Below, in pieces: positions 1 to 10,066 of a DNA stretch of 20,000 nt. The notes beneath the pieces are model-generated. The model did not search any database, was not told the origin of the DNA, and was given only the letters and a program-made list of their open reading frames with translations. The stretch lies in the IMG/VR virus record IMGVR_UViG_3300020576_006994; one strand, written 5' to 3'. This DNA comes from an uncultured virus (IMG/VR IMGVR_UViG_3300020576_006994) (taxonomy: Duplodnaviria > Heunggongvirae > Uroviricota > Caudoviricetes). Each line of letters begins with the position of its first letter. The stretch's first letter is position 1. A program made the position numbers and the translations under genes.

Positions 1-968
1 GTTCTTGCCTAACGACCGTTAATGAAATACATCTTGTTCTGGGTCGTAAGATTGATGTGCGTTCCAATTGCCGACACGATGCGCTCAAGCGGGCTAATTG
101 GGTAGCCTTGGCGATTGATGTCGGTTGATGGCGACATTGACATAACAATACACTCATCATCAGTAAATACCTGGTCTGGTCGACCGTTAATTACCTGAGC
201 CCATGTATATTCATCATTTTGGAACTTAGAGATATCAATCTTGTGACCCTGAAGCTGCTCAAGAATGCGCTTAGACTGCACGCGAATATTTTCAGCTTCG
301 CGACTCTCTCCACCTTGTGGAGTTGTGCGAAATACAGTTCCGGCATCCATTGCCCTAAATGAATGGAATTGCTGATTTGAGTCACGACGAAACTCAACGG
401 CAAACTCGCCAAACGTTAGAGCGTCTTCAGCTGTTTCCATTACAAATTGAGCAAGCGTTCTTTTTTCTCGATCTCGGTAGGACTCATTGGTGCCGCAATT
501 AAGCATAAGCTCTCGAACTTGCGGAACCTCTTCCTTTTTTAATTGGTCAATTTCCTGTTCGTTAAGCTCTGCGTGCGCCTCCGGCTTAATATTGACAGAA
601 AAGCCGATGTCGAATCGGTTTGCCCGTGGACGAGCAAATAAGGACAGCTGACGAGCCCTTGTTGGCAAAATAACTCCACCAACTAATTCTTCTGTATTTC
701 TTACCTGCTTAAGGATCTCAGGAGGAATAAGGCTTGTCTTTTTTCTGTAAACAGAGGCAAACTCTTGTGACTTCTATGGATCAGAGTCGATAGAAAGCTT
801 ATTGACCATCGACCGATCTTGGGATTTCTTTAATGACTCGAGAACGCTTCCAAGCAATGATTGATCTTGATCCTGACTAGCGGAAGAGAACATTCGATTG
901 CCGGCACCGAAAGCCTCTATATTCATAATCGAGGAATCCTGTGTAGACGGAGTCTTTTTTGATGACAT
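1..968 (-). CDS. Phage portal protein, N-terminal part (runs off the left edge); 2 in-frame TAG
   Basis: ATG at 968. Track ORFs 774..968 and 9..668 share a frame and are joined across TAG 774-776; TAG 9-11 is also read through. Portal-like motifs: EDALTFGEFAVE, GYPISPLE..VSAI..HIN.T.QNKMYF.NGR*AR. Lies downstream of terminase. Confidence 0.8.
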
Positions 969-970
969 AA

Positions 971-1939
971 TTACTCCACGCTAGCCACGATAGCTTCAAT
1001 CGTTTCGATAGACAGGTTCTTGATTGACAGTGAATAGACTGTACCTTGTTGAATATACAATCCTGGTTTTTCTGGATTATTTGGCTCAAGAGGCTCAACT
1101 ACGGTAGAGTCAGACGTTGAGCCATTTATCCGAACCGATGCTTTTCCTTGAGACGCCACCATTACTAGCTTTTTTGCTGCGCTGTAAAAAATCATACCAG
1201 AAGCTGCTGGAACAATTCCTGTCTCTAGAGGAATCCCGTTCGGATAGGAAATGCGAACTTCAACCCATGACGGGGCCACTTCAGACACTTCGAACGTTCC
1301 GAAAGACGCCGACGAGAATCCTGCAGACAAAACCATCTTGTCGCCGATTTGCACTTGATTTGGAGTTCCGTTGCTAAAAATCTGAAGCTTGGTAAAATCA
1401 GCTACGGTGAATGATTGCGACGATGCATTTAAGTTTTGGAACGACACCGAAGTTGAAGTCTTAGATAGAACGATGAATCGACCTTGATTTGATGACGACG
1501 GTCCGGCTCCCGACTCAATCAAAAGAACGTCTCCGACCTGAACGTTAGTTGTGACGATTGCCGTTCCGCCAGTATTTGTAAGAGTTGCAATTGGTCCGTT
1601 AGCAGTGATTCCGAAAACTGAGGTATTGTCAATTGAGATCTATCGATCAGTCCTAAAGGCCGGTGCCGTTCCGGAATTATGGGCAAAACGATAAACATCA
1701 AGTGCCGCACTTGGCTTGGTTACGTTGAAACTAGTTGATCCACTGATCTACGTAGCTCGAACTCCACTGAACACATCGGCGGTTTCGCCAGGCAAAACCT
1801 TCACCGTTTGGGTTGAAGGATTTTCTGACTGGATACCAATTATTCTATACGACAAGTCACCAACTCGAATCGACGGATTGTTGGAGGTTTTTTTATCGTT
1901 ATAAGCAATAAGCTGTACTTGCAGGTTCACAGAACTCAT
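971..1939 (-). CDS. Probable virion structural protein (322 aa, S/T/G/V-rich, beta-type); 2 in-frame TAG
   Basis: ATG 1939 to TAA 971-973 in one frame, joining track ORFs 1748..1939 and 971..1522 through two TAGs (RAT*ISG, TDR*ISI). Lies between terminase and portal. Function inferred from composition and position only. Confidence 0.6.
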
Positions 1940-1952
1940 TTTAACCCCTACT

Positions 1953-1965
1953 TATTTATAGCAAG
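1953..1965 (-). promoter_or_regulatory. Putative extended -10 / late-type promoter CTTGCTATAAATA
   Basis: Minus-strand TG-C-TATAAA in the intergenic gap just upstream of ATG 1939. The same 10-mer CTTGCTATAA occurs upstream of ATG 9945. Confidence 0.45.
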
Positions 1966-2008
1966 TAGAATTAATTACCAGAAGGCGTCAAAGATGCGAT
2001 TTTAGACA

Positions 2009-3844
2009 TTAAATGTCCCAGTAAAAACCGCCTTTTTTCGAGGACTTAGTCACTTTATTGCCACCCAAATCGACGATGGTTTTTTGGATTTCATCTTTAA
2101 GCCAAACGCCCTGTTCATCGCTTGTGTAAGTTTTACCAACAGACGTATCCTGAATGGGCACGGCTGAGACGTGAACCTCGCCTCTAAGCTTCCATCGATT
2201 CTGTGCAACGTAAGAAAGAGCATCGTGACTATCGTCGTAAGTCTTCTAAACTTCTTCCGTTAGTTTTCCATCACTAGATTTTTTGAAATGATATTTTTCA
2301 AAGTTGTCAACAAGAGACTGCGTGTTGCCTTCAAGACCAAAGAGCTTAGTGTCGCCGTAAGGTGGGGACATCTTGTATCGGATGAATGCATGTCCGGCGC
2401 TAACGTCTTTTTTGAAAATAGCTCCGACTCTCACCTATCTGCCGATCATTCCATTGGTAGACGGATCTTCTGGATCGCAGTAAATAATGGTAAAATCATA
2501 AATGTTATGCAAACTCTTAACGAGGTCTACTTTTTGCGGTGGCTCAAGGCCACTGACCTCCACAGACCTCATTACGTAGGCATTGCCTCTGGCATCCTCG
2601 TAGACGATAACGATGGCAGTTGGGTGAGTGTAGCCGTGGTCAAGTCCTGCGTACCGCTTAACTCCTATCTTCTTCATCTGATCAATAAGGACTTGTTCTG
2701 AGATCTACGTTCCTGGATCTTCACCCATGAAGATAGTCAGCATCTCTCTTGGAGTCTTAATGAACTTTGTTCTGTCAAACCTCGGATAAACAAGGTCATC
2801 TGCAGAGGGTTGCATAGACATCGACTGAGACAAAAACCAATCATAATTCGATTGTTTAAAGTTCGATATTGTGGCTTGAATCGGCCTGAGAGCTTTACAT
2901 TTAGAGGTTTGCTTCTTGGCATCGCCTGCGCACACCGCTCTAAGTGGGCACTCAATGCATTTCTCTTTGGCGATAACTCGCTCGTACCTTATTTGCTGTT
3001 CTGGCTCCAAAGCCAAGTAATCGTCTTTAAGGAGCGCTTTATTTTCCTATACCGATACAAACATCTCCAAATCTTGAGTTCCAGATCGACTATCTGGACA
3101 CCTCTGCGTGTTCTCAAACACGGTCCAGAATTTGAATTTGGCTCCAGTTCGCTCTCTTTCATCGTATTCTTTTTCAATTACCGTATGTCGACCTTTTCTT
3201 GACGAAATACCGACTTTAACCCAAGGAAGCCCCTCCTCTGTATAAGAGGGAACTCCGGCAATGTCTGGATAGGCGGCAACCTTGTTGGGAGCAAGGCTTC
3301 CGAGCTCATCAATTGTTACAATTGGTTGGTGAGCCCCTTGAACTGACTAGGCTGTGAGCGCAAGCACTTCAATGCTTGATTCTTTTCCATTTACGCTCAA
3401 GTTCGTAATGGACATCTTAGGCTCTTCTTTAAGATGCTCTGCTATATACGGCCTAGAGACGAACTTCTTAAAGTACACGTACTATCGATTTGCCTGATCC
3501 TCGGTTCCGCCGAAGTGAACAACGCCACGGCCAAAATGAAGCGGCATTAGGATTTGAATAACAGCACAGGAAAGTGTTTTTTGCGAAGATCGGCCTGCGA
3601 TATAAAAATGAGATTCAGGCTCGTCCTGGTTTGTCTACCTTAAGCAAAAATCATAAACTTCCCACACCATATCCAGTGGATTTGACGTAGAAAATCTAGA
3701 CACAGTACAGTCCTAAAGGTCCACCTCTAGAAATGTCTTGCACCACTGTCGAAGATGCTATTTATTCTTAAGCCTCTGAAGAAGCAATCGACGCATTATC
3801 TCGTCTTTGTTGCCCTCGAGAAGCATATCTTGATTATTGCTCAT
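2009..3844 (-). CDS. terL: Terminase large subunit (611 aa); 9 in-frame TAG
   Basis: ATG 3844 to TAA 2009-2011 with no internal TAA/TGA. Walker A-like YIAGRSSQKT, Walker B-like IVTIDEL, nuclease motifs YAGLDHGYTHP, IYCDP and DDSHDALSY. Upstream of portal. Confidence 0.88.
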
Positions 3845-4439
3845 CCTCGCCTGATAGACGCTTCAGTAAAACGTCCTGGAGTTCTGGAGTAAGAACTTCA
3901 ATTGTTTGATTTGACTGAACATTAATATTTTGCTCAGTTTTGATTTTTTGAACTCTATCTTCGCCAGTTAGTTTCTGTAAAATCTCTATGGTCTCTTTGT
4001 ACGACTTACTTCCATGGATCCAAGTCTTTGGCTTATCTTCTTCTTTTCCGGTTTGAATATAACGAAGAAGCTATTCATTTTCAGACTTGTGATACGCCTG
4101 AATGATATTCGTGACGTGATCAAGGGATTCCAGTTTTTGATTCAAAAGCTTGATTTTGATCTTTTGTGTCAACGACTGAACATATTCTTCTCTCTACTCG
4201 TCCCATCTATTTCGAACTCGGCAATAAACGACGTCTTTTTCGGTAATGCCTTGATTTAAGTTCTAGATCTCAAGACACGTAGAGCCGGCAACAAATAGAT
4301 TGAGCATCTCTTTTGAGAGAGATGCAGAGATTGGCCTCGCACCGTTATTTACGGCGTCCTCATATAGTTCAAGCTCTCGACTTGAGAGGTACTTATCCTG
4401 GGCCTGCAATTCATTCTACACTTTGAATCTCTTCGTCAA
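3834..4439 (-). CDS. Probable terminase small subunit (about 201 aa, N-terminal HTH-like); 4 in-frame TAG
   Basis: Open frame (TAG read through) from TTG 4439 to TAA 3834-3836, overlapping the terL ATG. HTH-like segment LFVAGSTCLEI*NLNQGITEKDVVYCRVRNRW followed by helical region. Start codon uncertain. Confidence 0.5.
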
Positions 4440-4815
4440 AGATAACCTTGACCGACTAATCCTTCCACAGAAGGTTTCTTGACCACTGAACTAACAAATC
4501 CTTGGCTTTTTGCTTTGCATCCTACCGCTTCCACGGCGGCATATCAATTAGGGCTTGGATGTAGTTAGTCTTTACAATTCCAGTTCCTGACTTGAACCGA
4601 AACCTGTCTTTTGTCATTATCTTAAAGATGACCGTTTTTTGGTCAGGAATAACCTCAGCAACGCCGCCGAGTGAGTACTCGGAACAAGCTACGGTATAGC
4701 ACTTAAGCTGATGAGCTATAGAGTCATGCAGCATTCCATATTGGAGAAGCAATAGCTTACCTAAAAGGAGCTGATCGCTTAAGACGTCTTCATTGCCTCT
4801 TGAAGGGTTTTCCAC
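4411..4815 (-). CDS. Hypothetical protein (134 aa); 2 in-frame TAG
   Basis: Track ORF 4522..4815 extended through two TAGs (WKR*DAK, LWKD*SVKV) to TGA 4411-4413. Confidence 0.65.
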
Positions 4816-5762
4816 ACTGCCTCTTTATCTTCTAGCTGCTAGACTTCGTATACATATTCTTTTATAGCCTAATCCAGCCCACCAATGGCTTCGATATCGA
4901 TAGATTTTGAAGAAAATTCAAAATTTTCCTTAAACTGAAAAGTTACTCCAGAAATTCCTGAATAAGCCAACTCGACCTAAGCCCTCTGACTCTTTGTTCC
5001 TGTAAACTTTACAATCAATCGATCACCAGGCTTCATGCCTGGCGGTATAACTGGATCAGATTCTGGATTGGCATCCACTGACCAAAAGCACTTAACGAAG
5101 GGTGAAGTGCTAACTGAATTAATTACCATCATCTCTTTTGTATCGAAAACGAATAATCTTTTGTCGTGATTCTATTCAGACGAAATGAGCTGCCTGGGTG
5201 TACCTGGATACCAGATCTTATCCTAAATAGTCTACTGAGTGTGGATGTGCCCAGAGATTATTTTTTCGTACTTTATTCCAGAAAAATCAAACCCGTCTGG
5301 AGCATAAAACCCATTCTCAAACTTAGCGCCATCGAAGGTTTGATGGCAAAAGAGAATCTTACCTGACTTAAGCTTTGATAAAAACTGGTCTTCGTCTTTA
5401 TGAAAAGAAAGGGCATGGACTCCGTCTTCAATCTCAAAAAGCGAATTTGGGTTAATCACTGTTAGGTTTTTAATGCCATACAGGGCTTGATCTACCTAAT
5501 TAACAAACTAATTAGATGGAGAAATGCCGTCGTGGTTCCCAACCAAGACATAGACCGGAAGCTGCGCCTAAAGCTAGGACATGTTCTCCTGAACAACAGA
5601 CAAGACCTCTTGTCGAACTACCTAATGTGTATGGAACAGGTCACCAAGAAACAAAATCTAGTCGGCCCCATGCTAGATCTTAGCTGCTTCACTAAAAATG
5701 GCTTTGGTGTCTTGAATATTGTTGACCTGAGCATGCAGGTCTCCGACTATCTAGATTTTCAT
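4779..5762 (-). CDS. sbcD: SbcD/Mre11-like metallophosphoesterase nuclease (327 aa); 14 in-frame TAG
   Basis: ATG 5762 (ATGA overlap with upstream stop) to TAA 4779-4781. All five calcineurin-like motifs present: MKI*IVGDLH, D*ILFLGDLFH, LVGNHD, FCHQ, SGHIH, plus WYPGTP. Confidence 0.82.
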
Positions 5763-6052
5763 CCCTCAGATGATACCATTACTAGTGCCTGCTTTGGAAC
5801 CAGTATGAACTTTTTACCGTCATCTTCGTAAATTTTACGTGCGTGAGCTGTGCCATCAAGCTCCGCCAGAACGAAAGCTACATCACCCTATTTATAATCT
5901 TCAGAGTCAAACACAATCTTAGTTTTAACTAGATCGTTACGGAGTCGATCTGTTGTCTAGAACCGAGAAGTGGTCGCCTCGGGTTTTACCTTGTGCTCCA
6001 AAACTAGTGGCTCTAAAGCCACCAGTCCATTAAGCGTCTTTGTAGATTTCAT
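5759..6052 (-). CDS. GroES/Cpn10-like co-chaperonin candidate (97 aa); 2 in-frame TAG
   Basis: ATG 6052 with AAAGGAGA RBS to TGA 5759-5761. GroES-sized, with a matching pattern: KTLNGLVALEP (cf. RPLHDRVIVK), YK*GDVAFV (cf. VKVGDIVIF), DGKKFILVPKQALVMV (cf. DGEEYLIMRESDILAV). Confidence 0.55.
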
Positions 6053-7088
6053 ATGAAAGCTCTCCTTTTAAAAGCAAAATCTTTCTCTGCAGGAGGCTAA
6101 GCTCCCTCTATGCATTTAATATCTTATTCCTAATGTCGGATTCAATTGCCAAGTCTTCAGGCGAAGCTGCTCGATACTAAATATCAGGCTCTAAATCTTC
6201 ATCTGAAATATGCTCATGCCGCAACGAATCTGATCCAGCACCGTAAAAAGCCCGCTCGTCAAGCGACTTATACGCTCCGGGATTTCTGATCTTAGTTACA
6301 ACCTCAAAAAACGCTTCATCAGTAAGATCAAGCTATTCTTGAAGCTGTTCATCTGTCTATTCTGGATTTTCTTCGAGAAACCTTACGGCCTGAAAAGCCT
6401 TGTCTGAAACCTTAGAGCTGTACGTCAGGTGACTAGATGCTTCGTGGTAGTATTCCTGAAGGTACTTGTTCATCCACCCGTTTGCCATAGAGATGAACGC
6501 GTCTTTTTTCTATTGATCAGGAACGTACTTATCGACAGCACTGAACAGCCCAAGGTTGGCCGTCTATACAAAATCTTCCATAGAGGCTCTAGCTCCTAGC
6601 TATGGATTCTTTTTTACCATGGAGTAAAATACCTTCTATCTGTGCATAGCCAAATATAGAGATGCCGAAACGATTTCCTGCCTCTTGCTGGAGATATCAG
6701 CAAGAATCTGAGCAAGCTCTGACTTGTTTGATGAATCTACAACTCTTGACATCTAGAACTTACAGAAGTTAAAGTTTACTGGAGCCTTATATAGCTCTTT
6801 TGAGTTCATTCTTTGAATGTTTTTTGAAACAGGTCCAAACTTTTCGTCTCGTATCCTGAAAAAGATGCTTGATTTACCCTGATAGTCTTTGTCTTGATTT
6901 ACTGTTCTGCAAAAAGTATCATAGATCTACTTCCCAGCCAAACTCTTCCGAAGAGTTTTCTAGAAGAGATCTTCTAGTTTCATCAAGTCCTTAAACATCT
7001 TGAGCATCTTAGTTGAATCAATTGGCGCAGACCCAATCTCGCTCTTAAGCTCATTTGCGTATGAATGCAAAAGGTCTTTCTCGCTCAC
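6030..7088 (-). CDS. Sigma-70-family RNA polymerase sigma factor-like protein (352 aa); 11 in-frame TAG
   Basis: GTG 7088 (GTGA overlap with helicase stop) to TAA 6030-6032. Region 2-like LYLAMHR*KVFY...MEDFV*TANLGLFSAVDKY...FISMANGWM; region 3-like PE*TDEQLQE*LDL and YKSLD; SPEDLAIESD...LSLLQRKILLLKG. Absent from the standard-code ORF track. Confidence 0.72.
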
Positions 7089-8539
7089 TGAACCCCCATC
7101 TTAGACGAATGCACGTGCTGCACCGGCCCTACCTACTGGTAGTATTTAGCTCGCTCATCTGCATGTCTCTTTAAGAGCGGTACATTTGTGACCCTAAAAT
7201 CAACTATCTTACAAGAAGTCTTGCCGGTCTCTTTGTGAACCCTAGTACTTCTTCCAATTGCACCCTGCTTAACCTTTGTTCCGGCCTTATTTGCCTGCCA
7301 GTTTATCGTAAGACGAACTGGTAGGAAATTCGTTCCAGTGCTTACAGCACTCGTGCCCACAACGCATAGAATTTTGCCTTGATTGAAATCATCGCATATA
7401 GAAGTAACATCAGAGTCGCCACAGGCATAAGCATACTCAACCTGAAGGCGTTTTTTAAGGAGCTCTTCTTGACCATGTTCATCTACCAGCACCAAGACTG
7501 GCATTCCTTTTTTTACCTATTGATTAACCATCTGCGAAATAATCTTCGCAATTCCATCATTTTTGTAAAAATGCTCTTGGTTCATCTTTACAACGTTATC
7601 TTTATTCTAGTACTTTGACTTAGATTCAATGTCAATAACCATCGTATCAATCTTTGCCAGATACCCCTCAGCTTGCGCTTGCTGTATAGAATATTCAAAA
7701 ACCTGTTTTCCAATGATCGCCTCAAGCATCAAGTCCCGTCCGTCGTTTCGCTCTTGAGTTGCCGAAACAAACCATCGATACGGACAATGAGCTAAAAGAC
7801 CATGGCAAACCTTCTCAAGCATCTACTAGGGAAGAGAATGACTCTCGTCGGCAATAAATACATCGTATTGCTTAAATTCCTCTGTAGCCTCTCCCTCAAC
7901 TAAAGACAGGCTCTTTCCAACTGAAATCAAAAACTGCTTGCCAACTTGCTTCTTGCCGGCCCCGAACATGCCAACGCGCTCTTTTCCAAGAAGATGACAT
8001 GCATCATTATAGATCTGCTCGGCAATGGACTTTGAAGGTGTACAAACCACACAACGAAGTCCGGTCTTTTTAAGTAGACTAATAATTACATTAGTTTTTC
8101 CAGCTCCGGTTGCAATCTCGACGTGGGAATGTCGATTCTAGAGAAGTGCATCAAGTGCCTACTGCTGGTAGGGCCTTAAAGAAAACTCCGGAATATTCTT
8201 CCATGGAATCAACTTGAACTCAGGGGCAGCAACTTCATCGATAACGCTAGAAATAAGATTGTGGCGCCTAAGAAGATCAGCCATGCCCTAATAAGTCCAG
8301 AATCCATTTTCATCCTCCATCAAAAGAGTCTTCTTGGATTCAGCGGTCAACCTATCAATCTCTTTCTAAACCCACTCTTCGCCGAACCTCATAGTGTAAT
8401 ACGGATTCTTCTTCAAGCCTTTTAGTTGGTGAAGAACCGATTTGTCCTGATAGGTCAGGAGGCGTCTGAGGCTTGCCAGCTCTGCTTCCGATACTTCCTC
8501 GAGCTTGATCTTTGTTGGTTCTACCAGTCGCTATTCCAA
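7085..8539 (-). CDS. SF2 (UvsW/XPB-like) DNA helicase (484 aa); 10 in-frame TAG including a tandem TAGTAG
   Basis: TTG 8539 (GGGAAG RBS) to TGA 7085-7087. Q-motif LRPYQQ, Walker A IATGAGKT, Ia VCTPS, II IADESH, III VSAT, V VSTGTN, VI QGAIGRSTR. Confidence 0.88.
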
Positions 8540-9945
8540 TTCACTTCCCAATTAATTCTAGGTGCGGGTTTAGTCTGCACTCTATTAGTTAATAGCGCAA
8601 AATTACTAGTGAAGTTACTTGCTTGTGAATATTGCATATGGAATAGCTTAGTCAGTAATTCAACCTTCCTTGCAGAGTGCTTATCATTTCTCCATGCATT
8701 CCAGTCTCCAGACGCCCATGCCTACTTTGCCTAGTTCTTTTTGTAATCCTTACGCTTAATCTCGCCTTCGTAGATTCCCACTCTTTCGCTAAGATATCTT
8801 CCACAATCAGTCTGGAGCTAAATCCTGTCACGATTCCACTAATCCTACTTGAAATATCGCATCTCAATGTTATTGAGCTCCAGCTAGTCTCTTGTGTAAT
8901 CAACGTCTTTCTACACACACACTCTAACCTGGAAAGTTTTACAACGAATTCCCGGACAGAAAGTTCCGTCAATCACGCGCATCCATCCAACTTTAATCTA
9001 CTAGCGCCGCAAAACACTGTATCCGTTTCCAAATACACGTTTTTCTGCCTACTACGATATCTCGATTCCTCGATCAACCCTCTTTTGCAGAACACCAAGC
9101 AGGGCCAAATACCTAACAAACGCCTGACAGGACTTTTCTGAAACTCTGTGCTGCTTCAAATACTCTTCCTAAGCCTAGTCGCCGTATTGCCCCTTCTTTA
9201 AAAGCTAGTCCCATGCCTACTCTTTCTATCCCTTAAAAAGCTTCTACCCCTATTTCTTGAAATCATCTTCCGTTTTAAACCAACGAAGTGAATTCGCTCC
9301 ACTCTATTGATCAAACACCTCTTTATCTGTAAAATCTCTACACCCAACAAGCTAGTCATGCTGATTGAGGACTCCCTTTCCAGGTTTCTGCTCAGGAAAA
9401 TAGAGAAGCTTCTATAAAATCTTCTTACTCTTTTGAAAATTACGCATCTCTTCATGAAACTTATTCATGAAAGGCTTACATTCTTTAGTCAGCATCTATT
9501 TTGGAAGCCCTGACTTACTTAAATTAAAACCTCTTTTTCTCTAAATAAAAACAACACCTTGAATCATCAACGACATTCGAACTGAATCCAATTCAAACCC
9601 ATATTGATCACTAAGGACCATATACATGGATCTATCAAACCCATTTCGTTTCATTGTTCTGTAAACTTCACCAATGAAGAAGTACGAGATGTTCCATGCA
9701 TTCTTTGGATTACACCATTTTACTGGTTTCTCAGTGATCTATTTGTAAAATCGATTCTAAACATTCAATTCAATGCTTGAGTAAAGCCTTTTCAATGAAT
9801 CTTTATCTTTAGAGCCCTAACTAGTCTCACCTACCTGAACTTTACCAGCCCTTGCAACGTCATTCATTGCATCTGTTATATCCAACAGGCTGAGACCCTG
9901 TGTGCCTGTGCTTCCCGTGGTAGAGGTTGGTACATTCTTGTTCAT
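8455..9945 (-). CDS. Large hypothetical protein (about 496 aa; 474 aa if it ends at TAG 8521-8523), possibly DNA-binding; 27 in-frame TAG
   Basis: ATG 9945; one frame free of TAA/TGA until TGA 8455-8457, filling an otherwise empty 1.4 kb gap. Segment LRR**IKVGWMRVIDGTFCPGIRCKTFQV resembles a winged-helix wing. Function not assignable. Confidence 0.7.
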
Positions 9946-10066
9946 ATATCCTGAGTTATAGCAAGAAAGTTTCTTAGATTGTATTCAGTTTATGATGTTT
10001 TCTCGCTATAGGATTAATGGGAAGCACGAATTGTAAGTGAAGAGTGACAGAGAATGGTGAGGTGTT
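9946..10066. promoter_or_regulatory. Divergent intergenic control region between the minus and plus gene arms
   Basis: 121 bp AT-rich gap between ATG 9945 (-) and ATG 10067 (+). Minus-strand CTTGCTATAAC at 9955-9965, related plus-strand CTCGCTATAG at 10002-10011, and GAGGTG RBS at 10059-10064. Confidence 0.55.

Noticed and set aside
1955..1991. TTGACG (-35-like, minus strand 1986-1991) paired with TATAAA at 1955-1960
   Set aside because: The spacer is 25 nt, too long for a canonical sigma-70 promoter.
2288..9141. Plus-strand track ORFs (2288..2701, 2810..3202, 5487..5831, 8426..8734, 8677..9141, etc.)
   Set aside because: They are antisense shadows of motif-bearing or long minus-strand genes and have no recognisable motifs.
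9946..10066. Possible suppressor tRNA, CRISPR array or ncRNA in intergenic gaps (also 1940-2008 and 18416-18490)
   Set aside because: No cloverleaf, T-loop GTTCGA in tRNA context, or repeat-spacer pattern is visible, and the gaps are short.
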